Shown: piece by piece, positions 18,408 through 27,625 of the stretch
Layout: every line of letters begins with the position of its first letter
Position numbering within the stretch: the first letter of the stretch is position 1
DNA from: a virus
Taxonomy: Duplodnaviria > Caudoviricetes
Virus record (IMG/VR): IMGVR_UViG_3300025018_000174
Location: 1 to 58,277 of that record
Strand: one strand, 5' to 3'
Length of the DNA stretch: 58,277 nucleotides
Translations under genes and position numbers: made by a program
Notes under the pieces: generated by a model
What the model was told of the DNA's origin: nothing
The model's input: only the letters and a program-made list of their open reading frames with translations
Databases searched by the model: none

Positions 18408-19547
18408 ATGACGAACAATGCTGCTGAAATCACGGGCGCTCAGCTTGATGCCGCCCTTCATTGTGCCATGACAGGGTCGTTCCCGGCGGGATACCTTGCC
18501 GCGGTGCACCGCTTCAACGAAGACCTGATCGGCTTGCCCATTCCGGAGCAGCCGACGCGTCTGCAGGAAGCTCGCAAGGAATGGGCGGCCACGGCTCTGT
18601 CCGAGGAAATCCATGAATTCATCACGGCGGAAAACCTTGCCGACGAGGCGGATGCATTGGTCGACTTGACCTACTTCGCCCTTGGCCGTCTCGTGGAAAT
18701 GGGCATCGTGCCCGGCCCGGCCTTCGAAGAAGTCCATGCTCGCAACATGGCCAAACGCCGTGGCACGCTGTCCAAGCGGCCGAACAGCTTGGGTTATGAT
18801 GCCGTGAAGCCCGAAGGCTGGACGGCCCCTGACATTGAGAAGTTCCTGGCCATCACGACCATCGATGTGCAGAAGCTCTTCGAGCAGCAGAAGGCGAACG
18901 CTCTGGCCTTGGCTGAAGAAGCGACCGCCGAGGCGCTGTCGGGCCTCGGCGTTCGGCCGAAGGTGCTCATTCTCGGACATGCTCGGCACGGCAAAGACAC
19001 GGTGGCTGAAATCCTTCGGGACCACTATGGCCTGTCCTTCGTGTCGAGCAGCCAGTTCTGCGCCGAGCGCGTCGTGTGGCCGATGGTCATGGATCACGAG
19101 AAAGCCTATGGCCATCATGTGGCCGCTGGTGAACCGGGCATGTCGGTTGACAAGCTCATGGAAGAGCTTGTGATGATGCAGCCGCTCTATGCCAACGCGG
19201 ACGACTGCTTCAAGGACCGTGGCAACTTCCGCCATGTCTGGTATTCCCTGATTGCCGCGTATTGCTGGCCCGACAAGGCTCGGCTGGCCCGCGAGATTTT
19301 CAAGGAAAACGACATCTATGTGGGCATCCGCAACTCGCGGGAATTCCACGCTGTCTACAATGCCGGCCTTGCCGACGTGGTGGTCTGGGTCGACGCCTCT
19401 GAACGGAAGGAACCGGAGAGCCCGGCCTCCTGCACGGTTGAGCCTTGGATGGCTCAGTTCGTGATCGACAACAACGGCACGCTGGAAGAGCTGGCCACCA
19501 ACGTCCACTCGCTCATGGCCGCTCTCGGCTTTGACCGCAAATCCTGA
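18408..19547 (+). CDS. Fusion of a MazG/PRA-PH-like NTP pyrophosphatase and a dNMP-kinase-like P-loop domain
   Basis: LSEEIHEF..DALVDLTYF..VHARNMAK..KPEGW, then LGHARHGKDT...IDNNGT. Confidence 0.8.
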   Translation: MTNNAAEITGAQLDAALHCAMTGSFPAGYLAAVHRFNEDLIGLPIPEQPTRLQEARKEWAATALSEEIHEFITAENLADEADALVDLTYFALGRLVEMGIVPGPAFEEVHARNMAKRRGTLSKRPNSLGYDAVKPEGWTAPDIEKFLAITTIDVQKLFEQQKANALALAEEATAEALSGLGVRPKVLILGHARHGKDTVAEILRDHYGLSFVSSSQFCAERVVWPMVMDHEKAYGHHVAAGEPGMSVDKLMEELVMMQPLYANADDCFKDRGNFRHVWYSLIAAYCWPDKARLAREIFKENDIYVGIRNSREFHAVYNAGLADVVVWVDASERKEPESPASCTVEPWMAQFVIDNNGTLEELATNVHSLMAALGFDRKS

Positions 19548-19556
19548 GGATTATCT

Positions 19557-20438
19557 ATGACCAGCTTCATGGCTTCTGTTCTCCAGCCGACGTTCAAGTT
19601 CCCGGACGTCTATGCTGACCTGCTCGAAACCCTCTGGACCGGCGACCCTGAACACGTCGTCACCGAGGTCAACAAGCGCACTGGCTCTGAAATCCGGGCG
19701 CTGAAGGGCGCAACGTCCTTCAAGCTTGACCTGTCCGACGACCGTGTGCCGGTGCCGGGCTATCGCAAGCTCCATCTGAAGACCGCCGCGGCCGAAGTGG
19801 CATGGTTTTTCCAGGGCTCCAAAGACGTCTCGTGGCTCCGCAAGTATGCACCCATCTGGGACAAGTTTGTGGAAGACGACGGTGTGACCATTGACGCTGC
19901 CTATGGCTATCGCTGGCGGCATCAGTTCGGCCGCGACCAAATGAAGCAGGCCATCACGGCGCTTCAAGTGAACCCGAGTGACCGGCGCATCTACATCTCC
20001 AACTGGGACCCGGGCTACGATGGCCTTGGGGCTTTCGGGCAGAAGAACGTTCCTTGCCCGGTCGGCTTCACTCTGTCGATCCTCGACGGCGCTCTGCACT
20101 CGACGCTTCTCATCCGGTCCTCCGATGTGTTCGTCGGGCTTCCGTATGACGTCGCCGGGCATGCGATCCTGATGGACACCGTGGCTGCTTCTCTGCCGGA
20201 CGTGGCACGGCTCGGCACCATGACCGTCACGCTGGCCCATCCGCACCTTTACGAAGCCCACTACGACATGACCAAGGAGCTTCTGCAGCAGGAGCCCGTC
20301 TATGACGCGCCCCATCTGCAGAATTGCCCGATCGACGAGCTGCTGGAAGACCCGGATGCCTTCGTCCAGGCCTACGGCGATGCTATGATCGGGCTGCCGG
20401 TGCCGGACTTCAATCCTCGGCCGGAGGTCATCCAGTGA
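19557..20438 (+). CDS. Thymidylate-synthase-fold enzyme, predicted dCMP methyl/hydroxymethyltransferase
   Basis: AYGYRWR, DRR, PC167, RSSDVFVGLPYD198 (Asp at the E. coli Asn177 position), HLY. Confidence 0.85.
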   Translation: MTSFMASVLQPTFKFPDVYADLLETLWTGDPEHVVTEVNKRTGSEIRALKGATSFKLDLSDDRVPVPGYRKLHLKTAAAEVAWFFQGSKDVSWLRKYAPIWDKFVEDDGVTIDAAYGYRWRHQFGRDQMKQAITALQVNPSDRRIYISNWDPGYDGLGAFGQKNVPCPVGFTLSILDGALHSTLLIRSSDVFVGLPYDVAGHAILMDTVAASLPDVARLGTMTVTLAHPHLYEAHYDMTKELLQQEPVYDAPHLQNCPIDELLEDPDAFVQAYGDAMIGLPVPDFNPRPEVIQ

Positions 20439-20935
20439 CAGACGATCTGACCAATTGGGACCTGCGGTTTCTCGGCCTTGCCGATCAAGCCCGCAGCTGG
20501 ACCAAGGGGCTCGGAGCAGGCGTTGACCGTGGGGTCGGCGCCTGCGTCGTCTCCCCGGATATGAGGCAACTGTCTCTTGGGTTCTCGGGCTTCCCAAGAG
20601 GCATTGACGACACACCGGAGCGCCTGGCAAGCAAGGAATACCGGGACTACCACACTGTGCACGCAGAGTTGAACGCCATTCTCAACGCCTCGTGTTCATT
20701 GGTCGGCTGGACCATGTATGCCACCACTTGTCCGTGTGCCCAGTGCAGCTCGGCAATCATCCAAGCTGGTATCTCGCGGGTGGTCTCGCCCTCGCCGGAC
20801 GCCACTTCGTCCTGGCATCGCAGTCAGCTGGAAGGTCGTGACAGCCTTCGTGAAGCTGGGGTGCTGGTGGTAACGTCCACACAGTTGCCGTTCCCCAAAA
20901 TCTGGGGCACCTACGGGAAAGGAAACAACGGATGA
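20435..20935 (+). CDS. dCMP deaminase family protein
   Basis: VGACVV, GFPRG, HAELNA and PCAQC motifs; GTGA overlap start. Confidence 0.9.
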   Translation: MTDDLTNWDLRFLGLADQARSWTKGLGAGVDRGVGACVVSPDMRQLSLGFSGFPRGIDDTPERLASKEYRDYHTVHAELNAILNASCSLVGWTMYATTCPCAQCSSAIIQAGISRVVSPSPDATSSWHRSQLEGRDSLREAGVLVVTSTQLPFPKIWGTYGKGNNG

Positions 20936-21129
20936 GCCCTGAAGCTCGTGTAGCCTTCATTCACGCCCAGTGTGTATCAGCGCTGGCTCGTATTGAGGGC
21001 ATGAAAGCTGAAAACCAGCATCGGCTTTCGCTTGGGCATTCCATTGCCTACGACGCCGCGGCATTCTTTGCCGTGGAAAACGAATACATGATCGGGCACA
21101 ACGCGGTCATCGAATACTTGAGGGGCTGA
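20932..21129 (+). CDS. Hypothetical protein
   Basis: ATGA overlap; operon packing. Confidence 0.65.
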   Translation: MSPEARVAFIHAQCVSALARIEGMKAENQHRLSLGHSIAYDAAAFFAVENEYMIGHNAVIEYLRG

Positions 21130-21130
21130 C

Positions 21131-21655
21131 ATGAAACTTCTGATGGCAGTGAGCCGGAATGGCTATGTGGCAAAAGGCCCAGTTGACGACATGACCTGGA
21201 CCGGCCCGGACGACAAAGCGGTGTTCAAGCTGCTGACAAGCACAGGCGACATTCTTGCCGCTTCCGCTCAGACGGTCGAGCAGATGCCTTCTACCCTGGA
21301 AGGCCGCGGTCAACTGTATGCCCTTTCGCGTGACCCGCGCAAGGGCGTGCAACTTGAAGACTTGGCGCCTATGGCTCCGAACGCATGGCTGCTTGGTGGT
21401 CCTACCATTGCCATGTATGCTCTGCGGAATGGCTTTGTTGACCGGGTATTCCTTTCCATTGTGCCGGCTCAAATCGACGTCGACCAACACCCGGATGCAA
21501 TCGAAGATCAGGTCCGGCCGTATTTGGAGGCCCGTGGCTATCGCCCCGGCAAGTCAGTCTGGTGGAACCGGTCCTTGCGGGTCACGGTTGGCCAAGTCAT
21601 GGTTGAGTGCTGGACACGTGACAGCGCTCTGAATGAAGAGGCAGTGCGGCGATGA
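21131..21655 (+). CDS. Dihydrofolate reductase-like protein
   Basis: MAVSRNG, DMTW...D...FK.LT, LSR and LLGG motifs. Confidence 0.75.
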   Translation: MKLLMAVSRNGYVAKGPVDDMTWTGPDDKAVFKLLTSTGDILAASAQTVEQMPSTLEGRGQLYALSRDPRKGVQLEDLAPMAPNAWLLGGPTIAMYALRNGFVDRVFLSIVPAQIDVDQHPDAIEDQVRPYLEARGYRPGKSVWWNRSLRVTVGQVMVECWTRDSALNEEAVRR

Positions 21656-22101
21656 GCAAGATCAGTGAAAGCACTCTCTGGAACAGCGGCCTGTATCCCT
21701 CGCTTCGTAAGATGCGGGGGCTTCATGTTGGGCGGATCGAGAATGCCGTCAGCTCAGGGCTTCCGGACGTGGAAGGCTGTTATCAGGGCCACCAGTTTTG
21801 GTGGGAGCTGAAGACTGGCACACGCCCTGTCAACGCCTCGTCCAAGACCGTAGGCTGGAAAATCCGGCCAGCGCAGAAAGTCTGGCACCCGAAACGCTGG
21901 AAAGCTGGTGGTCTCAACTTCTTTCTGTTCCAGCTGGAGAGCAGGCATGACAAGCGCCTGTTTCTCATCCCTGGGTTTCATTCTCTGCGGCTTGCCGAAG
22001 GGGCCACGGAGCAACAACTTGAAGAGATGGCGTGCCTTGTTGGCCGTCCGTCTCCGGAGGCACTGGTGGAGTTCTCCATCAGCTATGAAAGGGAGAGCTG
22101 A
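21652..22101 (+). CDS. PD-(D/E)xK endonuclease (Holliday-junction resolvase/VRR-NUC-like)
   Basis: E..RIEN....GLPD......WELK...RPAQ..W...GG motif. Confidence 0.75.
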   Translation: MSKISESTLWNSGLYPSLRKMRGLHVGRIENAVSSGLPDVEGCYQGHQFWWELKTGTRPVNASSKTVGWKIRPAQKVWHPKRWKAGGLNFFLFQLESRHDKRLFLIPGFHSLRLAEGATEQQLEEMACLVGRPSPEALVEFSISYERES

Positions 22102-22430
22102 TGGACCTGAGGATCAATATTGCTGGTTCGTCATTCCGTGATGGCGCCAAGGAAGCGATCAGCAGCCTCAAGCATGGGCAAACGCTTAGGCTTGAACGCG
22201 AGCCGAAAAACCCCTATGACAAGAATGCCGTAGCCATCTACTTGGATGGCTACGTGGAAGGGCGGCGCAAGCCTCGGACAATCCAGCTTGGCTACGTGCC
22301 GCAGAAGTGGTCCGGCACGGTCTCGGCGGCTATGGACAGCAATCGCTATCACGTCTGGGCATCCAAAGTTGGAATGCTTTGGGGCGAGGTTCTGATTAAG
22401 TGGGTTGACATGTCTCTCGATCCGCTGTAA
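22101..22430 (+). CDS. HIRAN-domain protein (second copy)
   Basis: IAGSSFR, REPKNPYDKNAVAI and LGYVP motifs. Confidence 0.85.
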   Translation: MDLRINIAGSSFRDGAKEAISSLKHGQTLRLEREPKNPYDKNAVAIYLDGYVEGRRKPRTIQLGYVPQKWSGTVSAAMDSNRYHVWASKVGMLWGEVLIKWVDMSLDPL

Positions 22431-22433
22431 TCT
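22403..22433 (+). promoter_or_regulatory. Sigma70 promoter
   Basis: GG-TTGACA-N17-TAATCT. Confidence 0.7.
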
Positions 22434-22455
22434 GATTATAGAAAGGAGACAAACC

Positions 22456-22899
22456 ATGTCCATGTATGTTTGCCGTCGCACCCCTTCCGAGACCGACCCG
22501 AATGGCTCCAGCACCGTGCTCGAGCTCACCCCGCAAGTGCTCGATGATATGTGCAGCACCTTCCCCGTTGTCCATTCCGAGGACGAGCTGCTCCGCAACT
22601 TGCAACAAGGCGTTGAGCTTCGTTCACCCATAACCGGCTTTGTCTGGTTCCGTGTGGCCAAGCCTCTGACCTACACGCCCAAGCCGACCGTGTGCCAGAT
22701 CACCAACACGCCGCTCAAAGACGTGATGTATGACGGCAAAACCCGGCAAGGCCCCTGGGCGTGCATGTCTGAAGAAGGCTGGCAGCGTCTCGGCTGCGGG
22801 CGCATTGGCGTCGGCTATGCCCAAAAATACCGCCGCAATGAAGACGGCGACTTCTACCTGTCGGAAGGCATGCAAACGCCTCCCCGGCCTCTGCGCTAG
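22456..22899 (+). CDS. Hypothetical phage protein
   Basis: AAGGAG RBS; YDGKT..GPWA.M...G.G.AQKY motif. Confidence 0.75.
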   Translation: MSMYVCRRTPSETDPNGSSTVLELTPQVLDDMCSTFPVVHSEDELLRNLQQGVELRSPITGFVWFRVAKPLTYTPKPTVCQITNTPLKDVMYDGKTRQGPWACMSEEGWQRLGCGRIGVGYAQKYRRNEDGDFYLSEGMQTPPRPLR

Positions 22900-22908
22900 G
22901 AGGCCGTC

Positions 22909-23289
22909 ATGACCCGCATCAACTGTGTGCCGCCCGAAGAACTGACGCGTGAGCATTTGGTCGCCGAGTATCGTGAGCTTCCTCGCGTCTTCGGCATGAC
23001 CCTTGGCATGATCAAGCGTGGGGTTAATCACCCCACGCTTGCTGCCATTCCGCCGACGTATCGCATGGGCACTGGCCATATGGCTTTCTTCACCAACAAG
23101 CTCGGCTATTTGGTGAAGCGTCAAAAAGCCCTGGTAGCTGAAATGCAGCGCCGGGGCTATACACCCAACTTCACCGACCCGGAAAGCCTGCTTAATGGCA
23201 TTCCGGAAATTTGGCACGGCGACTGGGAACCGGACGCTGAAGCTCTGCGCATCAGCCGTGCCCGTATTGCAGAAAGGCTTGCGGGATGA
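22909..23289 (+). CDS. denV: Pyrimidine-dimer DNA glycosylase (T4 endonuclease V family)
   Basis: MTRIN, HLVAEYRELPRVF, Y.MGTGH..FF..KL.YL..R and EM..RG motifs. Confidence 0.9.
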   Translation: MTRINCVPPEELTREHLVAEYRELPRVFGMTLGMIKRGVNHPTLAAIPPTYRMGTGHMAFFTNKLGYLVKRQKALVAEMQRRGYTPNFTDPESLLNGIPEIWHGDWEPDAEALRISRARIAERLAG

Positions 23290-23618
23290 ACAAGAGGGAT
23301 GAGGCAATACGAGCCCGCGGAGTAACCTTCCAAGCCCTTTGTGGCATTGTGAAGCTGTATGAGCGGGCAACTCTGGCTGAAGTGGCAGCCAAGTATAAAA
23401 GCATTGCCCCTTCTCACGAGCTTCCGTTCTGGGACCTTACCGACCATCAGATCAGAGCCTATCTTGCCAAGGCTGTGCAGGATGGCCTGATGCACTACGA
23501 GCAGGTCCGTGTGCTGGGCGAGCGCTACCAGAAAGGTCGGCGCTATGGAACCGGCTATTACATTTGGGGACCGAAACCTAAAGACGAAGGTTTCAAACCT
23601 AAGTGGATCGTGAGATAA
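23286..23618 (+). CDS. Hypothetical protein
   Basis: ATGA overlap. Confidence 0.6.
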   Translation: MNKRDEAIRARGVTFQALCGIVKLYERATLAEVAAKYKSIAPSHELPFWDLTDHQIRAYLAKAVQDGLMHYEQVRVLGERYQKGRRYGTGYYIWGPKPKDEGFKPKWIVR

Positions 23619-23652
23619 TGAAAGTATGAAGAGACAACCTGAGAAGACAACC

Positions 23653-24087
23653 ATGTCCAGAGACAAATCCCACAACAAGCGCTTCACCTCGACGGACCCC
23701 AAAGTCATCGAGCTGGCCCACGACCTTCGCCGGTTTGGCGACGACTTCCGTCTTCGCATGTCAGCGCTGGAGCGGAAATACCGCGAGGAGCATGACCGCG
23801 TGGTGAAGGAAGCCCAAGCGGAGCATGACCGCGTGGTGAAGGAAGCCCAAGCGGAGCAGGAAGCCAAGTTCAAGGCCATTGCCGAGGTCATGAACCTTGG
23901 TGCGGACTATCACGGCGGCCCGGACTGGACGCTGGACATCGGCAACCTCCTCGATGGCGAGGTGACGCTGAAGTATGAAGCGGACACCTGCGACTGCCCG
24001 GTCTGCCAACTTCGCCACAAGCTGAAGACCGGAATGGTGGCCGAAGATGCCGTCGATCAGGTCCTCGGCACCCGTCAGGTGCACTGA
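23653..24087 (+). CDS. Hypothetical coiled-coil protein with CDCPVC
   Basis: Follows a promoter-like element at 23589-23619. Confidence 0.65.
   Translation: MSRDKSHNKRFTSTDPKVIELAHDLRRFGDDFRLRMSALERKYREEHDRVVKEAQAEHDRVVKEAQAEQEAKFKAIAEVMNLGADYHGGPDWTLDIGNLLDGEVTLKYEADTCDCPVCQLRHKLKTGMVAEDAVDQVLGTRQVH
23787..23858 (+). repeat. 33-bp in-frame tandem repeat (two copies plus a partial)
   Basis: ggagcatgaccgcgtggtgaaggaagcccaagc x2, encoding EHDRVVKEAQA. Confidence 0.9.
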
Positions 24088-24090
24088 ACC

Positions 24091-24360
24091 ATGCACGCGT
24101 GGCTCCGCTTCACTGCCGAGCCTCTTGACAACGAGGCTCTGGGCGATCTGATTGAGGATCGCCCTGACGATCTGATCCTGCTCGACGGACAACCGTTTGA
24201 TGCCAGTGATCTGTGCACCTGCGACGGCTGTAACCTGTTCTTCCGCACGCGAAACGACCTTGATGAAGACGGGCTCTGCGAAGATTGCGCCCGGGAAGCT
24301 GACGAGGAAGCCGAGCACATCAGGATTGAGCGCGCCATCTACCGTCGCTCTGTGCTTTAG
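24091..24360 (+). CDS. Hypothetical acidic Zn-finger-like protein
   Basis: CDGC...CEDC. Confidence 0.55.
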   Translation: MHAWLRFTAEPLDNEALGDLIEDRPDDLILLDGQPFDASDLCTCDGCNLFFRTRNDLDEDGLCEDCAREADEEAEHIRIERAIYRRSVL

Positions 24361-24440
24361 AAGGCACGGCATTTAGCATCGCCGGTTTCCCATAACCGGC
24401 GATGCGTTATGCTATAAGCTCTATTCCTCATGAGGTCAAC

Positions 24441-26687
24441 ATGCAACACCCGCCCATCGCAGTCCAAATCTGGGACAAGAAGTATCGCTTCCGCGACAAA
24501 TTCACCGGGGACATCTATGATGAAACCCTGCAGGACACCTGGCTCCGCATCGCTCGGGCGCTGGCTGTCAACGAAGGCTCCAAGCAGCAGGCTGTGGAAC
24601 AGATGTTCTTCAATGCTCTGGAGGACTTCAAGTATCTTCCAGCTGGCCGCATCACTGCTGGCGCCGGGACTTCCCGCCAAGTCACCCTTTTCAACTGCTA
24701 TGTGATGGGCACTGTTCCGGACAGCATCGATGGCATTTATGCCATGATCCGGGAAGCTGCTCTGACCATGCAGCAAGGCGGCGGCATCGGCTATGACTTC
24801 TCCACGATCCGCCCGAAAGGCGCTCAGGTCAAAGGCGTGGCGGCTGATGCCTCGGGTCCGCTGTCCTTCATGGACTGCTGGGACGTGATGTGCAAGACCA
24901 TCATGTCTGCTGGTGAACGCCGCGGGGCCATGATGGCTACCATGCGCTGCGACCATCCTGACATCGAGGACTTCATCACGGCAAAACGGGACAGTGCTCG
25001 GCTCCGCATGTTCAACCTTTCCGTGCTGGTGACTGATCCGTTTATGGACGCCGTGAAGAATGACCACTTCTGGGACCTTGTCTTCGGCGGCCGGGTCTAC
25101 AAGTCTGTCCGGGCTCGCGACCTCTGGGAGAAGATCATCCGCACCACCTACGATGTGGCTGAGCCGGGTGTGATCTTCATCGATCGCATCAACAAAGCCA
25201 ACAACCTGAACTATTGCGAGACCATCGCCTCGACGAACCCCTGTGGCGAACAGCCGCTTCCGCCGTATGGCGCCTGTCTGCTGGGCTCTGTCAATCTGGC
25301 TCGGCTGGTTCTTGATCCGTTCACAGACAAGGCTCGGCTGGACTTGGACACCTTGCGTGAGCTGGTGAAAGCCGCCGTGCGGATGATGGACAATGTGGTG
25401 GACGTTTCGGTCTTTCCGCTGGAAGCTCAGATGGAGGAAGCCCAAGCCAAGCGTCGCATCGGCCTTGGGGTGACTGGCCTTGCTGACGCGCTGGTCATGA
25501 TGCGTCTCCGCTACGGCTCGCCGGAAGCTGTTCGGCAGACGGAAGAATGGATGCGCGAGATTGCCCTGGGTGCCTATATGACGTCCTCGGCCTTGGCGGA
25601 AGAAAAGGGATCATTCCCTCTCTTCGACGCGGACAAGTTCTTCAGCTCTGGCACCTTTGCTTCCAAGCTGCCGAAAGCCGTCCAAGACCGTATCCGCAAG
25701 TATGGCCTTCGGAACTCCCATCTGACCTCCGTGGCACCGACTGGCACCATCAGCCTGTATGCCGGAAACGTCTCGTCGGGCATCGAGCCGATCTTTGCCT
25801 ATGCCTACACCCGGAAGGTCCTGAACGGAGACGGCAGCCGGACCGAGGAGGAAGTGGTCGACTACGCCGTCGCTCTCTACAAGGAACTCTTCCCTGATGA
25901 AGAACTTCCGGCCTACTTTGTCACGGCACAAGAGCTGGCGCCCGCCGATCATATCCGCATGCAGGCGGCCGCACAGAAGTGGGTCGACAGCTCCATCTCC
26001 AAGACCATCAACTGCCCTGAAGACATTTCCTTTGAAGACTTCAAGGACGTGTATCAGATGGCCTGGGATCAAGGCTGCAAGGGCTGCACGACTTACCGCC
26101 CCAATGCCGTGACCGGGTCGGTGCTGGAAGTCAAGAAGGAAGAACCTGCTCCGGCCGCGCCGACCAATACCATCGGTGACCTCGAACCTCGCCCGCGGGC
26201 TTTGGAGGGCGCAACCTACAAGCTGAAATGGCCGAATGAGCCTCATGCCTTCTATGTCACTTTCACGGACATGGAAGATGCTGCTGGCGTGCGCCGGCCT
26301 TTCGAGATGTTCATCAACTCCAAGAACGTGGACCACTTTGCCTGGACAGTGGCTCTCACCCGCATGATTTCTGCGGTATTCCGGCGCTCGCAAGACTCCA
26401 GCTTTGTGGCCAAGGAACTTCGCGAAGTCTTCGATCCGAAGGGCGGGGCCTTCATGCAGGGGCGCTATGTGCCCTCGTTGCTGGCGGCCCTTGGTGACGT
26501 GGTGGCGGAGCATATGACTTCGATTGGCTATGGGGATTTCCGGCCGGAAGAAGCACAGGCTCGCCATGACGAGGAAGTGCACAAGCCTGTGTCCATGGCC
26601 TCGTGCAAGACCTGTGGGTCCTTCAATATCTCGGTTGAAGGCGGCTGTGCCACGTGCAAGGACTGCGGTTCCAGCAAGTGCGGCTGA
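24441..26687 (+). CDS. nrdJ: Class II (adenosylcobalamin-dependent) ribonucleotide reductase
   Basis: LFNCYV, GGGIG, RRGAMM, TNPCGEQ, APTGTIS and KGCTTYR motifs; TSCPD-like domain; C-terminal CxxC..CxxC; no NrdB gene seen. Confidence 0.92.
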   Translation: MQHPPIAVQIWDKKYRFRDKFTGDIYDETLQDTWLRIARALAVNEGSKQQAVEQMFFNALEDFKYLPAGRITAGAGTSRQVTLFNCYVMGTVPDSIDGIYAMIREAALTMQQGGGIGYDFSTIRPKGAQVKGVAADASGPLSFMDCWDVMCKTIMSAGERRGAMMATMRCDHPDIEDFITAKRDSARLRMFNLSVLVTDPFMDAVKNDHFWDLVFGGRVYKSVRARDLWEKIIRTTYDVAEPGVIFIDRINKANNLNYCETIASTNPCGEQPLPPYGACLLGSVNLARLVLDPFTDKARLDLDTLRELVKAAVRMMDNVVDVSVFPLEAQMEEAQAKRRIGLGVTGLADALVMMRLRYGSPEAVRQTEEWMREIALGAYMTSSALAEEKGSFPLFDADKFFSSGTFASKLPKAVQDRIRKYGLRNSHLTSVAPTGTISLYAGNVSSGIEPIFAYAYTRKVLNGDGSRTEEEVVDYAVALYKELFPDEELPAYFVTAQELAPADHIRMQAAAQKWVDSSISKTINCPEDISFEDFKDVYQMAWDQGCKGCTTYRPNAVTGSVLEVKKEEPAPAAPTNTIGDLEPRPRALEGATYKLKWPNEPHAFYVTFTDMEDAAGVRRPFEMFINSKNVDHFAWTVALTRMISAVFRRSQDSSFVAKELREVFDPKGGAFMQGRYVPSLLAALGDVVAEHMTSIGYGDFRPEEAQARHDEEVHKPVSMASCKTCGSFNISVEGGCATCKDCGSSKCG

Positions 26688-26704
26688 CCGCCTGACGCTT
26701 AAAG

Positions 26705-26744
26705 CACTCGGCCGAGAGACTTTCAACAGTCCCCCGGCCGAGTG
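26705..26744. terminator. Bidirectional terminator at the convergence of the two arms
   Basis: cactcggccg...cggccgagtg stem. Confidence 0.7.
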
Positions 26745-26818
26745 TGTAGCTCCTGAGCATTCTCGGTGCCAGAAGCGTATATGGTTCAGTGCCTCGACTG
26801 TTCCGAATAGCCTGTCGG

Positions 26819-27154
26819 TCAGTAGAGAACCGAGATTTGGATGCCATCCGACGTCACTTTGGCCTCGATGGGTTCCACGGAGTTCTCCGGATCAGCCACC
26901 GCCCCGATACCACGGAAGCCATTGACTTGGGTGGACTTCAGCGGCCAGATGCCGCGAGCTAACCAGCGCTTCTGCAGCCCGCCTTCTTCATCAAGGTATT
27001 CCACCTCAATGAAATGGTCCTGACCACACGACACCATCATCTGGTCAGCCACAAAGCCGAACGGCACACCCGCTGTGGGCAAAAAGTTATGGCCTAGGAA
27101 AATCTTTTCATCGATTTTCCCGGACCGCATGAGAGTAAGGCTGGACGCGCCCAT
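26819..27154 (-). CDS. Hypothetical protein
   Basis: GAGG RBS; last gene of the late arm. Confidence 0.65.
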   Translation of the reverse strand: MGASSLTLMRSGKIDEKIFLGHNFLPTAGVPFGFVADQMMVSCGQDHFIEVEYLDEEGGLQKRWLARGIWPLKSTQVNGFRGIGAVADPENSVEPIEAKVTSDGIQISVLY

Positions 27155-27175
27155 AGTCGTTTCCTCGTGATTGGG

Positions 27176-27514
27176 TTACGGGCCGCCGCGGCTGTGCATC
27201 CAGGCATCGAAGCCCAGCACAATCAACCCGATCAGCCCCGAAGCAAGCAGGGACACCACGGCAAACACGCCTTTGACGGCACTTCCCTCCCTCGTCTGCC
27301 GCCATTTGCGAAGGTGGGACAGGTCGGCTTGAAACTCCTTGTCAGTCAGCAGAACCCGCATTTCGCGAAGGGCTTGAAAGTCGTGCTGCATTTCAAGGGG
27401 CCTGGAATGATCGACGCCCATTTTTAGGAGCATCTCATTCACAACGTTGGCAGCGACCTGCTCTGCCAACGTTTGCATCTGAGAACGGGAAAGTTCGATC
27501 TGCGGGTCAGACAT
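27176..27514 (-). CDS. Membrane protein with a C-terminal TM helix (DUF6127-like, lysis-region associated)
   Basis: LGVD...EMQ.DF..LR pattern plus a hydrophobic C-terminal helix. Confidence 0.6.
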   Translation of the reverse strand: MSDPQIELSRSQMQTLAEQVAANVVNEMLLKMGVDHSRPLEMQHDFQALREMRVLLTDKEFQADLSHLRKWRQTREGSAVKGVFAVVSLLASGLIGLIVLGFDAWMHSRGGP

Positions 27515-27540
27515 GGGTCGCGCCTATGCTGGTTTAGTCC

Positions 27541-27571
27541 AATATAGCCCATACACAACCAGAAGTAGACC
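27541..27571 (-). promoter_or_regulatory. Sigma70-like promoter
   Basis: GG-TCTACT-N17-TATATT. Confidence 0.45.
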
Positions 27572-27580
27572 AACAAAGTC

Positions 27581-27607
27581 GGCCCCGCGGCTGATTGCCA
27601 CGGGGCC
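27581..27607 (-). terminator. Terminator after the holin gene
   Basis: ggccccgtggc...gccgcggggcc followed by gactttgtt. Confidence 0.6.
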
Positions 27608-27625
27608 TATAGGCCGTATCTGGTG

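Noticed and set aside
23787-23858. 33-bp repeat as a mini CRISPR array
   Set aside because: There is no spacer; it is an in-frame coiled-coil duplication
12228-26687. Inteins or introns in polA, the helicase or nrdJ
   Set aside because: The ORFs are continuous and of ordinary size; no intein splice motifs or homing endonuclease were seen
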